Sequence record: NZ_CP067423.1
From: a plasmid
DNA: 64,000 nucleotides
Reading direction: 5' to 3' (one strand)
Below, piece by piece: positions 55,340-64,000 of the stretch (positions are counted from its first letter, which is position 1; each line of letters starts with the position of its first letter). Under the pieces are notes generated by a model. The model was not told the origin of the DNA. It made no database searches and was given only the letters and a program-made list of their open reading frames with translations. A program made the translations under genes and the position numbers.

Positions 55340-55649
55340 AGAATCACGTTCCTCACGTTGTTCACGTGAGATAGATAGTGAGTGCTGCATTCGGAGTCAA
55401 TGGTCCGGTGGAATGCTGCCTACCCGCGTGTTTTTGGGGGCAAGGTGTGAGCAGAAATTGCTATGGTCGCATCACTCGAGGATCGTCCGCCGCGACGACG
55501 AAGGCAATTTCAGGCGGCGACAGAGAAACCAAGTCAGGAACGGTTATTCGGCGAAGCAATCGCGGTGGACGTCGAGATTTATGACCGGAACGGGCGGCGA
55601 AAGGTTCATAGGTCGACGCCTAAAGGCACTTTGACAACTTGCTGCGTCG

Positions 55650-55862
55650 CTATTTTAGGCCCTTTATATCGACCGTTGCGACCGCCCGTCCATTTCGGCC
55701 AACCACTTTTACCTCGATCTCGCGATGCTCCGGTTCTTCGGCGATTTCTGACACGATCTGGCGTGCCATGGCGATCGCTCGAGCGTCGTCATCGTGGGGC
55801 TCACCTTTTCGGTCGGGATATTCCACGTCGTCGCTAAAGATGTGGAAATAGTAGCGGGGCAT
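55650..55862 (-). CDS. Small MPRYYFHI-type protein (DUF6894-like)
   Basis: The N-terminus MPRYYFHIFSDD is characteristic of a small protein family common in Rhizobiales. Confidence 0.4.
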   Translation of the reverse strand: MPRYYFHIFSDDVEYPDRKGEPHDDDARAIAMARQIVSEIAEEPEHREIEVKVVGRNGRAVATVDIKGLK

Positions 55863-56043
55863 TCATCCTCCTTCGCGGCACGCGGGGTCATCGAGCCATG
55901 CGCTCGCGTCGTTGAAATATTCGCTCGCGATGACGGTGCGCAGAAATTTTAACCGGTCACGGTAGCGGCCCGCCTTCGCGGGCCCAAGCACGCTCTCCAT
56001 GGATGTTAGAGCATCGGGATGTTGAAAGGACTTTCCTCCCGTG

Positions 56044-56670
56044 TCAGTCAACAGCGGGGTTGAACTTGAGAAACACGCGGTCATCCCATGACGAGATGTT
56101 CCAGCGATACGCTCCACCGAAGAGCCCGGGCGTTTCGTCGGCATTGGTCTCAATGACCGTGCCGGACACGGTCACATTCAGCGTTCCGTTGGGCACAATG
56201 GCGATCTGATCGAGCTCGGCGCGGGCCCGGTCCGGGATCTCCGGGGTACTGACTTCAATGGTTGCGTCGTCCATGCGCCGAATGCTCAAGAAATTGTCGG
56301 CTTGCGACTTCGCCCGCGTGTTGGGGACGCCGATTGCGGACCCGTTTGCATCCAACTCACCGGTGAGATTGACGATGAGATCGAAGCGCCCTTCCCCGGC
56401 GTAGGTGAAGCTCTCAAAGCCGGGCATTCGAGCCGCCTTGCGCTCTTCCGCCCGCATCCGGTCCTCTTCCTGTTCTGTGAGCACGTGGCCGTCGGCAAGC
56501 GCCTTAACGACACGGGGATCAGCGAGGCGGGTTTCGACACGCATGTCGTACTCGTACCCCTCGAGCACGATGGTGGCGTCGATGGTTTCCAGCACGAGGC
56601 AACCGGTCAGAAACACTCCAACCGCGATAGCCGCGGCGGCATTGCGGGCGAGCGAAAACAGCTTCGCCAT
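56044..56670 (-). CDS. Lipoprotein of unknown function downstream of trbI
   Basis: A signal peptide with an LTGC lipobox is present (MAKLFSLARNAAAAIAVGVFLTGC). Confidence 0.5.
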   Translation of the reverse strand: MAKLFSLARNAAAAIAVGVFLTGCLVLETIDATIVLEGYEYDMRVETRLADPRVVKALADGHVLTEQEEDRMRAEERKAARMPGFESFTYAGEGRFDLIVNLTGELDANGSAIGVPNTRAKSQADNFLSIRRMDDATIEVSTPEIPDRARAELDQIAIVPNGTLNVTVSGTVIETNADETPGLFGGAYRWNISSWDDRVFLKFNPAVD

Positions 56671-57977
56671 CAGCGATAGGCTCCCGGGAAAATGATGTCC
56701 TGCTCCACAATTATGTTGAACCCATAGCCCGGGCGGATGGTGAGGGTCGGCTGGACATTGAGATTCCGGGAAATGGTTTGATCCGCTACCCGCCCGAAGC
56801 TTTCCGCGAAATTCCTTCGTGCCGCATCCGAGGCGGTGTCCTGCGTCGCAAGGGTCGAGCTTTCCGGCACGGCCATGTCGATGCCCGTCCCGATCAATGC
56901 GATGAGGATCGCCGAGCCAAAGGTCTGCAGGTATTTGTTGTCGACCTGGTCGCGGAAGCCGCCATAGCCTTGCGCGTCGACGCCGGCCATGCCACCGATC
57001 TGCAGTGTCGATCCATTCGGGAAAATGAGATCGGTCCAGATCACCAGCACGCGACTTTGCCCGAACGAGACATTGGAGTCGTACCGGCCGAAGAGCTTGG
57101 CCCCTTGTGGCACCAACAGCCGGTGGCCGGTCGCACTGTCATAGACGTTCTGGCTGACCTGGGCGGTGATACGGCCGGGAAGGTCGGAGTTGATGCCGGT
57201 CACGAGCGTTGCCGGGATCACCGAGCCGCGTTTGAGCTCAAAGGGCGACTGCTGCGGTACGACGCGGTTCGGCAGGTAGCCGAGATCGGCAATGTTCTGA
57301 TTGAAGAAGTCTGCCTTTCCGGCCTGATTGTTCGGATCGGCCTGTTGCCCGGCGCCGCCAGCGCGCAGCGCAGCCGCATAGAGATCGGCCATGCCGGCGC
57401 GATCGCCAAGCGCCCCCTGCCCCGTTGTCGATTGTGGCGTTCCCGTTTGTGCGGCTTGCCCTACGTTACCGATATCGATCGCGATTGGGCTGTCATAGGC
57501 GGCATCGTCGGCCTGGAGCCGGGCCATACGCTGCTGATGCAGCAAGCGAAACATCTGCTCGTCCTGTTCCCTTTGCAGCCGCTCTCGCCAGTCGGCTTCA
57601 CTTTCGACCGGCGTCGCCTGTTGCTGTTGCGGTGTTGTCGGCTGGCGCTGGAAAGGATTGGTGGATTGCGGCTCGTCTTCCGCCAGTTCGACCGGCTGCA
57701 CCACCTGGATCTGCTGCGCGGGGCGCGGCTCCTCGATCACGCCATCCGAAACGCCGCGCTTGAGCTGGTCGGCGAAATCGGTCGCCGGCGCGCCGGTCGA
57801 GGTATCGAGCGGGCCCCCACTCCGGTTGAGGCCGCGGATCGAGAGGCCCCAAATGATAACGCCGAAGAAAAGGACGACCAGGCCGATGAAGAGAAAGACC
57901 GGCAGCTTGTTCAAGCGCCGGATTTTGGGCTTCTCGTCGCCGCCTTCGGCGCCGGGAGAGAGATCGAGCGAACTCAT
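56670..57977 (-). CDS. trbI: Conjugal transfer protein TrbI (VirB10 family)
   Basis: It has a TM segment, a Pro/Gln-rich linker and a VirB10 C-terminal domain (GSVIPATLVTGINSDLPG...RVLVIWTDLIFPNG). Start is at MSSLDLS (57977). The ORF extends to 58052. Confidence 0.85.
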   Translation of the reverse strand: MSSLDLSPGAEGGDEKPKIRRLNKLPVFLFIGLVVLFFGVIIWGLSIRGLNRSGGPLDTSTGAPATDFADQLKRGVSDGVIEEPRPAQQIQVVQPVELAEDEPQSTNPFQRQPTTPQQQQATPVESEADWRERLQREQDEQMFRLLHQQRMARLQADDAAYDSPIAIDIGNVGQAAQTGTPQSTTGQGALGDRAGMADLYAAALRAGGAGQQADPNNQAGKADFFNQNIADLGYLPNRVVPQQSPFELKRGSVIPATLVTGINSDLPGRITAQVSQNVYDSATGHRLLVPQGAKLFGRYDSNVSFGQSRVLVIWTDLIFPNGSTLQIGGMAGVDAQGYGGFRDQVDNKYLQTFGSAILIALIGTGIDMAVPESSTLATQDTASDAARRNFAESFGRVADQTISRNLNVQPTLTIRPGYGFNIIVEQDIIFPGAYR

Positions 57978-57987
57978 GGCTCCCCCC

Positions 57988-58449
57988 TCAGGTCGTACGC
58001 TGCATGACAGACAGCGGGCTTGTCGGTGTCGCGCCGGTCGCCGACATCGCATAGGAGCGGGTCAGCTCCACCGAAGGCGTCGAAATCCGGGTCATGACGG
58101 CGCCCTCGAACGTGTCGATGACATAGGCGAGCGGGATCATCGTGTCGCCGGAGGCCTCCTGGTTCGAAGCAACGGCATAGCCCCAGCCGCGCAGCGACTC
58201 TTCGAGCGCGAGGCCGAATGCGGAATCGTCGGGCTTGATGACGATCGTCCCGGTGCCCGGGCCAACATGCTCGGCGAGCTTGGAGACCATGTCGCCGGCG
58301 ACGGCCGCAGCCGCGGCCGGCGATAGATCGGCGGCATCGGCACTGACGGTCGGCGTGAAGTATCCTCCCCCCGTGGTGGTGCATCCGGTTGTTGCGCCGG
58401 TGAGAAGAACGAGTGCCAGAACACGGGAAAGTCGGTGGATGGCGCGCAT
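57988..58449 (-). CDS. trbH: Conjugal transfer lipoprotein TrbH
   Basis: The lipobox is LTGATTGC. The call also rests on position between trbG and trbI. Confidence 0.65.
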   Translation of the reverse strand: MRAIHRLSRVLALVLLTGATTGCTTTGGGYFTPTVSADAADLSPAAAAAVAGDMVSKLAEHVGPGTGTIVIKPDDSAFGLALEESLRGWGYAVASNQEASGDTMIPLAYVIDTFEGAVMTRISTPSVELTRSYAMSATGATPTSPLSVMQRTT

Positions 58450-58451
58450 GA

Positions 58452-59291
58452 TCAGCCCCTCCTCGAAATGGTGATCTTCTGCTGGCGGGAGCCGACGCCG
58501 GAAAGCAGCACGGCGCGATCGAACACATAGTCCACGATCATCATCGTGCCGTTGAGCCGGTAATTGACGATACGGTTTTCGCCGCCCGAGACGACGAACA
58601 GCACCGGCGCATCGCCGCTCATCATCTGGCCGGGGAACTGAATGTAGGTCTTGGCGCCATCGGTGTAGACGCGGGTCGGGCGCCAGCGGGCCTGTCCGCT
58701 GATAGTGAAATTGAAGCTCAGGTTTTCGGCCGGGACGCCGGCGCCGGGAATGATGCTCGCCTCGACGCGCGCGTTGAGGGCATCGAACTTGGCCTGCACG
58801 TCCTCGGGATATTCGAAGGCAACGCGGGCCATGTAGTCGCGATGATGCGACCTGAGCCGGATGTGGTAGGTGCGCCGCGATGTCGTCACCACCATGGACG
58901 TCTCGAGCCCGGGTTCCGAAGGCTTGACGATCAGGTGGATTTTCTGGCCTTCGGCCGAGCCGGAGGTTGCCGGCTCGACCTTCCAGCGAACCGTGTCGCC
59001 CACCAGCACGTCACGCACGGCTTCTCCGGCCTGCAGCTCGATTTCGCAGAGCTGGAGGGGCGAGCAAACGACGGACGGCTGCGTTTGGCCGTAGAGGTAA
59101 ATGACCTTGCCGTCCGGCCCCCGCGTCATCACCGCGGCCGTGCCCTGCCACTGAGTGGAAAGTCCGGTTCCCCGCGCTTCGTTGCCGCTGAGGCCCTGCT
59201 GATCGGCCGCAACGGCGACATTGAGGGCGAACGTGCCCAGCAACAGGGTTGCCGCACACACGCCCGCGTGCATTTTCTTGAGGTTCAACAT
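58452..59291 (-). CDS. trbG: Conjugal transfer protein TrbG (VirB9 family)
   Basis: Start is at ATG 59291 ([10 protein letters not shown]...). A signal peptide and the VirB9 pattern are present (RTYHIRLRS...[11 protein letters not shown]). Confidence 0.85.
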   Translation of the reverse strand: MLNLKKMHAGVCAATLLLGTFALNVAVAADQQGLSGNEARGTGLSTQWQGTAAVMTRGPDGKVIYLYGQTQPSVVCSPLQLCEIELQAGEAVRDVLVGDTVRWKVEPATSGSAEGQKIHLIVKPSEPGLETSMVVTTSRRTYHIRLRSHHRDYMARVAFEYPEDVQAKFDALNARVEASIIPGAGVPAENLSFNFTISGQARWRPTRVYTDGAKTYIQFPGQMMSGDAPVLFVVSGGENRIVNYRLNGTMMIVDYVFDRAVLLSGVGSRQQKITISRRG

Positions 59292-59314
59292 TACTCTTAC
59301 TCCGCGAGCGTTTC

Positions 59315-59977
59315 TCAAAGCTGGGCTGTCCAATCGAAATCCTCGAGGTAGAGGCCGATCGGGTTCAGACGAATGACCGCCTCGTCCTGGGGCGGCGAAA
59401 GAGTCACGGTGGCGATGCCGCGAAAGCGGCGGGTGCGTAGTTCCTTGCCCGCGCGGTCGCGCTCGATCTCGCTCCAGTCGACCTGGTAGCTCTGGTTCGA
59501 GAGGGCGACGACGTTGTTGACCTCGATCGAGACCGTCATGGTGCGGGCGCGATCGAAAGGCGAATTGTTGCGGAACCAGTTGTTGACCTTCTCGGTCGCC
59601 GGGTCCTGCTGCTTCAGCATCGCGTAGGTGCGGTCGATATATCCCTTCTGCACGGTCGCATCCGGGGTGATCGACCGGAAGTTCGACACCCAGGCGCCGA
59701 GCATCGAGCGCACAACGCGCTCGTCGGCATATTCGATCTGCGCGGGGAAGCCGGCCAGGACAGCCGCGCCGAGCTTGTCGACCTCGACCACATAGGGAAC
59801 GAGCTTGACTTGTGTCGACTGATAGAGGGCATAGCCGAACCCGATCACCGCCATGCTCATCGAAAGCAGGCCGACGGTGCGCCAGGCCGAGGCCGCGCGC
59901 ATGTAGCTGCCGTAGCGCTCGTTCCACTCATAGCGGGCGGCCAGATACGGATTGTCGGGGTATTTTCGCTTCGCCAT
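59315..59977 (-). CDS. trbF: Conjugal transfer protein TrbF (VirB8 family)
   Basis: It has an N-terminal TM segment and a VirB8-like domain ([11 protein letters not shown]...[15 protein letters not shown]). Confidence 0.85.
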   Translation of the reverse strand: MAKRKYPDNPYLAARYEWNERYGSYMRAASAWRTVGLLSMSMAVIGFGYALYQSTQVKLVPYVVEVDKLGAAVLAGFPAQIEYADERVVRSMLGAWVSNFRSITPDATVQKGYIDRTYAMLKQQDPATEKVNNWFRNNSPFDRARTMTVSIEVNNVVALSNQSYQVDWSEIERDRAGKELRTRRFRGIATVTLSPPQDEAVIRLNPIGLYLEDFDWTAQL

Positions 59978-60006
59978 CTAGCCTCGCCTGATACGGCCGG
60001 CCGACC

Positions 60007-61182
60007 TCACGAGTCGGCGTCCATCTTTTTGTTTGAACTTCTGGAACTGGTGCCCGGATTGGTGCCTTGGCGCAGCTTGTCGTTGGCAAGGCCGAGGGTC
60101 GAACCCATCTTGGCGCCGGGGATGCCCATCAACTTGTCGGTCGCCGCGGAGCCGACCGCGCCACCCGCGGCTTTCAACCCGGCCATTGCAGCCGCGCCAC
60201 GCGATGCGCCGGCTTGCGATGCCGCCGAGGCGGCAGCCATCCCACCTTTGACGACGCCGGCGCCGCCGGCCGCCATGCCAGCACCGACCGCCGCGAACCC
60301 GGCAACCTGGACACCGCTGCGGATGGCTTCCATGCCGTTGCCGACGGAAACGCCCTGGACGACGCCCTGAATGATGTTCGGCACGTACATGGAGATCATG
60401 AAGACGACGACCGAAATGCCCGCGATCGTCAGGGTAGTGAGGAATTGATCGTCGGAAGCCGTATCGTTCGAAAGGCCGATTAGCACCTCGGAGCCGATGC
60501 GCGCGATCATCACGAGGCCCATCAGCTTCATGCCGACTGAGAAGGCGTAAACGAGGTAGCGGACTGCGAAATCCTTGGTAAAGGACGAGCCACCAAGGCC
60601 AAGCATGATCATGCCGGCGAGCAGACCGACATACATTTCGACCAGCACGGCCACGAAGATCGCCGCTACGAGGGCAAAGCTGATGACAACGACGATCATC
60701 GCGAAGACCGAGGCCATGGCGAGGGCATTGTCCTCCCAAAGGCCGAACCGGGCGTTTTCCGAGAGTTCGGATGCCACTTTGACGCCGGCATTGAAGACGT
60801 CGGCCGGCGAAGCCGAACCGCCATCCGCGCCGATCTGGAACAGGCTATCGACAACCGACTTGGCCAAGGCCGGACCCTGCTGCAGAACAAAGAGGAAGAA
60901 GCCGATGAAGAGAATTCTCCGCACAAGCTCTGCAAACCATGTGTCGAGCGATGGCGCCTGGATCGCGAGCCAGATCGCCGCGATACCCACTTCTATGCCG
61001 GCCAGTATCCAGAACAGCGAGGTTGCCGCATCGATGACGGTGTCCTGCCAGCCCTGCGATGCGCTGGCGACCTGGTTTTCGAGATCGGTCAGGATCGAAC
61101 CGTCCTGCGCAAAGGCCGGATCGACCATGGCAAGCCCGGCGATCATCAGCCCAGCCAATCTCAAAAGCATCGAAGCGCGCAT
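60007..61182 (-). CDS. trbL: Conjugal transfer protein TrbL (VirB6 family)
   Basis: It is polytopic with a Gly/Ala-rich C-terminal tail. The call also rests on position. Confidence 0.85.
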   Translation of the reverse strand: MRASMLLRLAGLMIAGLAMVDPAFAQDGSILTDLENQVASASQGWQDTVIDAATSLFWILAGIEVGIAAIWLAIQAPSLDTWFAELVRRILFIGFFLFVLQQGPALAKSVVDSLFQIGADGGSASPADVFNAGVKVASELSENARFGLWEDNALAMASVFAMIVVVISFALVAAIFVAVLVEMYVGLLAGMIMLGLGGSSFTKDFAVRYLVYAFSVGMKLMGLVMIARIGSEVLIGLSNDTASDDQFLTTLTIAGISVVVFMISMYVPNIIQGVVQGVSVGNGMEAIRSGVQVAGFAAVGAGMAAGGAGVVKGGMAAASAASQAGASRGAAAMAGLKAAGGAVGSAATDKLMGIPGAKMGSTLGLANDKLRQGTNPGTSSRSSNKKMDADS

Positions 61183-61185
61183 GAC

Positions 61186-61446
61186 TCAGTTGTCGCCCCA
61201 GCGGGGCGCCATCTGCTGGCCTCCCGACGTGGGGTAGTCGTCGGGATTTGCGTTGAAAAAGTCCTTTGCCCGCTCGGCGGCTTCCTCGCGTGCCGCCGCT
61301 TCCTGCTCGGCAAGTTCGACCTGGCGCTCGAGGAGCGCCTTCATTTCCGGATCGGCGTTCGGGATGAACACATAGGATGCCGCGCCGCCCGCAAGGGCGG
61401 CAACGATCGCGATCGCGACGACGACGGGGAGTTTGAGCGTTGCCAT
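61186..61446 (-). CDS. trbK: TrbK-like small membrane protein (entry exclusion)
   Basis: It is 86 aa with a single TM segment, and it lies between trbJ and trbL. Confidence 0.5.
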   Translation of the reverse strand: MATLKLPVVVAIAIVAALAGGAASYVFIPNADPEMKALLERQVELAEQEAAAREEAAERAKDFFNANPDDYPTSGGQQMAPRWGDN

Positions 61447-61450
61447 GGGG

Positions 61451-62239
61451 TCACCACCGAGGCTGCATTTGTTGGCCGCCGGAGGTGGACGGAGCGGTAG
61501 AGCCGAAAAATGCGTCGCGGCGAGCCTGAGCGAGATCCTTTTCAGCCTGCTCCGACTGATACCAGGTGCCCATCATGGTCATCTGCTGGGAGACGAGGCC
61601 GCGAAGCTTCTGCATCTGCTCGACCTGCTGCGTCGCGATCTGATGCCCGACCTGCAACGCCTTCATCTGGCCATCGGCGGACTCCGATTGGGAGCGCAGT
61701 TGCGCCATGGTGGATTCTTCGGTCGCAAACTGATCGGCCGTGAGGCCAGCCGCCGCCAGTGTTCCACCGATGGTGTCACGGTTGGTGTCCGACCAGGACT
61801 GATAGCTCGACGAGAAATCCTGCCCGTTCGGAAGACCGTTCTGGAAATCGGTATAGCTCTGGAAGCGCTGCTTGAGCACATCGTCAAGGTTGCCCATCGA
61901 GAACGCCATGCCCTGCCCCTGCTGCACGATGCCTTGCAGGTTGGCGAGGTCCTGTTGAGCCTGCCCCCACACATGATCGGGAAGCTGCATGGTGTTCTGC
62001 AGCATGTTCTCGTAGATGCGAATCTGGTTTGCGATCTGCTCCACCTGGTTGGAGATCTGCGTCACCTGATTTGCGATCTGCTCGGCGTTCTGTCCGCCGA
62101 GCGCGATCAGTTCCCCATTGTTGAGGATCTGCGTAAACTCGGTCGCGCCGGTGAGCGCCCCGCTGGCTTGGGCTGGCGCGGCAAGGCTGACAGCGATCAG
62201 GACGCTTGCGAGAGAACTAGGCAAGAAGAGCTTCGGCAT
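61451..62239 (-). CDS. trbJ: Conjugal transfer protein TrbJ (VirB5 family)
   Basis: Start is at ATG 62239 (MPKLFLPSSLASVLIAVSLAAPAQA, a signal peptide). The coiled-coil Q-rich body is typical of TrbJ. Confidence 0.8.
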   Translation of the reverse strand: MPKLFLPSSLASVLIAVSLAAPAQASGALTGATEFTQILNNGELIALGGQNAEQIANQVTQISNQVEQIANQIRIYENMLQNTMQLPDHVWGQAQQDLANLQGIVQQGQGMAFSMGNLDDVLKQRFQSYTDFQNGLPNGQDFSSSYQSWSDTNRDTIGGTLAAAGLTADQFATEESTMAQLRSQSESADGQMKALQVGHQIATQQVEQMQKLRGLVSQQMTMMGTWYQSEQAEKDLAQARRDAFFGSTAPSTSGGQQMQPRW

Positions 62240-64000
62240 TTTCGATACCTCTTTGCTTGAGCCAGTGGACGGGCCATTCGTCGCCGTGGTGGACGCGCAG
62301 CTCATCGATGCGCTTGATGTCGTCCTTTCCGGACGCGCCGACGAAAGACAGGGTGATTGGCCCGAGGGCCATGTCGAACAGACGCCGCCCGTCAGGCGAA
62401 GCGACGTAGTATTCGCGCTTCGGAAGAGCGGTTGCGACGATCTCGATTTGCCGCTCATTGAAGCCAATACGCTCATAGAACTCGCGTGTGCCGCTTTCGC
62501 GTGCCGCGCCATTGGGCAGGCAAATCTTGGTCGGGCAGCTTTCCTTGAGCACGTCGATGATGCCGGACTTTTCCGCGTCAGAAATCGACTGCGTTGCCAG
62601 AACGACGGCGCAATTGGCCTTGCGCAGCACCTTCAGCCATTCGCGGATCTTCTCGCGGAACGCTGGATGGCCGAGCATCAGCCAGGCCTCATCGAGGATG
62701 ATGAGGCTGGGGGCGCCGGTCAGGCGCTTTTCGATGCGACGGAACAGGTAGAGCAGGACCGGCACGAGATTGCGGTCGCCGAGGTTCATCAATTCCTCGA
62801 TCTCGAACGTCTGGAAATCCGAGAGGGTCAGGCCATCCTCCTCGGCATCGAGCAGATGCCCCATGGGACCGTCGACTGTGTAATGACGCAGCGCGTCCTT
62901 GATCTCCCGCATCTGCACACCCGACACGAAATCGGAGAGCGACCGGCGCGTCGAGGCGGCCATGAGCGCGATCTGTCTGGCGATCGCGTTGCGATGATCG
63001 GGGGTGACTTTCACACCCTGCAGCTCGACAAGGGTTTCCAGCCATCCGGCCGCCCAGGCCTTGTCGCCATCGTCGTCCAGTTGGGAAAGCGGGCAGAAGG
63101 TCAGCGCCTCCCCTGCTCCAACATCGTAGTGATCGCCGCCAACAGCCACCGTCAGCGGGTACATCGACTTGCCCTTGTCGAAAGCGAAGAGCTGTGCTTG
63201 CCGGTAACGGCGAAACTGTGCCGCGATCAGCGCCAGAAGGGTCGACTTGCCCGATCCGGTCGGACCGAAGATCAGGGTATGACCCACGTCGCCGGAATGG
63301 AGGTTCAGGCGGAACGGCGATGATCCGCTTGCGACCTGCATCAGCGGCGGCGAGCCGTCGGGATAGAACGGGCACGGCGCAACCGGTGAGCCCGACCAGA
63401 CCGAGTTGAGCGGCACCAGATCGGCAAGGTTGCGGGTATTGATCAGCGGTTCGCGGATGTTGGCGTACCAGTTGCCGGGCAGACTCCCAAGGAACGCCTC
63501 GGTGACGTTCAGCGTTTCGATGCGAGCGGCAAAGCCTTCGGCCTGGATCAGCCGGCGCACGCCTTCGGTCTTTTCGCGAAGGCGCGCCTCGTCGTCGTCG
63601 AACATGATAATGACCGGCGTATAGTAGCCATAGGCGACAAGCTGCGAATTTGCCTCGGCAATGGCGTCTTCCGTCTCCGCCACCATCAGCGCAGCGTCCT
63701 GATCGATCGCCCCCGAATTGGTCTGGAAAAGCTGGTCCATGAATGGCCGGACCTTCTGCAGCCACTTCTTGCGCGTGCGCTCGAGCCTTTGGCGGGCCTC
63801 GATCGGATCGAGAAAGACGAAGCGGCTCGACCAGCGATAGGTGAGCGGCATCAGGTCCAGAGAATTGAGAATCCCTGGCCAGCTCTCGGCCGGAAAGCCG
63901 TCTATCGCCACGACCGCCAGATAGCGGTTGTCGACCAGCGGCGAGAGACCGTGATGGAATTCGGCCGTGACGACGAAATCGAGATACATCGGAATGTCGG
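62217..64000 (-). CDS. trbE: Conjugal transfer ATPase TrbE (VirB4 family). The N-terminal part lies beyond the window end.
   Basis: Walker A is GPTGSGKST and Walker B is LIILDEAW. About 590 C-terminal residues are visible, and the frame is open to the window edge. Confidence 0.85.
   Translation of the reverse strand, partial: DIPMYLDFVVTAEFHHGLSPLVDNRYLAVVAIDGFPAESWPGILNSLDLMPLTYRWSSRFVFLDPIEARQRLERTRKKWLQKVRPFMDQLFQTNSGAIDQDAALMVAETEDAIAEANSQLVAYGYYTPVIIMFDDDEARLREKTEGVRRLIQAEGFAARIETLNVTEAFLGSLPGNWYANIREPLINTRNLADLVPLNSVWSGSPVAPCPFYPDGSPPLMQVASGSSPFRLNLHSGDVGHTLIFGPTGSGKSTLLALIAAQFRRYRQAQLFAFDKGKSMYPLTVAVGGDHYDVGAGEALTFCPLSQLDDDGDKAWAAGWLETLVELQGVKVTPDHRNAIARQIALMAASTRRSLSDFVSGVQMREIKDALRHYTVDGPMGHLLDAEEDGLTLSDFQTFEIEELMNLGDRNLVPVLLYLFRRIEKRLTGAPSLIILDEAWLMLGHPAFREKIREWLKVLRKANCAVVLATQSISDAEKSGIIDVLKESCPTKICLPNGAARESGTREFYERIGFNERQIEIVATALPKREYYVASPDGRRLFDMALGPITLSFVGASGKDDIKRIDELRVHHGDEWPVHWLKQRGIENAEALLA

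Noticed and set aside
55863-56153. A 96-aa minus-strand ORF between the MPRYYFHI gene and the lipoprotein gene.
   Set aside because: It overlaps the lipoprotein 3' end. It has no RBS or motif. It is probably spurious.

Overview
This window comes from a high-GC alpha-proteobacterial (Rhizobiales-like) replicon. The first ~6.8 kb is ordinary metabolic DNA: an acyl-CoA synthetase fragment, aldehyde dehydrogenase, Fe-alcohol dehydrogenase, a degraded thioesterase, and panB-panC. From about 6.8 kb to the window end the sequence is the backbone of a large conjugative element (ICE or plasmid). The backbone is of the Ti/rhizobial type: traG-traD-traC, a candidate oriT, then traA-traF-traB-traH plus a thermonuclease, and at the right end a trb type IV secretion operon (trbE-J-K-L-F-G-H-I). 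It also carries a leading-region maintenance and anti-restriction module: DUF3991/Toprim primase-like, DUF1419, DUF3085-like, a 1710-aa N6-adenine methyltransferase-SNF2 helicase fusion, ParB-like nuclease, ArdC, DUF736, WGR, and Fic. Four cargo insertions interrupt this backbone and look like defence or conflict systems. (1) A multi-nuclease cassette at 16.0-20.4 kb: a HEPN protein, a Zn-finger/coiled-coil PD-(D/E)xK (DUF2130-like) protein, a ParB/DUF262-like protein, and an unknown protein. (2) A lower-GC islet at 29.7-33.2 kb: a DEDDh exonuclease-BRCT fusion, a Zn-ribbon protein, and an HTH-SF2 helicase fusion. (3) A DUF499 ATPase / DUF1156 methyltransferase / small protein / PLD-SNF2 helicase restriction-modification-like operon led by an RHH regulator, at 42.4-52.3 kb. 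(4) An adjacent four-gene GHKL-ATPase / Cys-rich / small / STAS-wHTH operon at 52.4-55.4 kb. No integrase, tRNA, CRISPR array or rRNA was seen. All functional calls rest on reading motifs in the supplied translations by eye; no searches were run.
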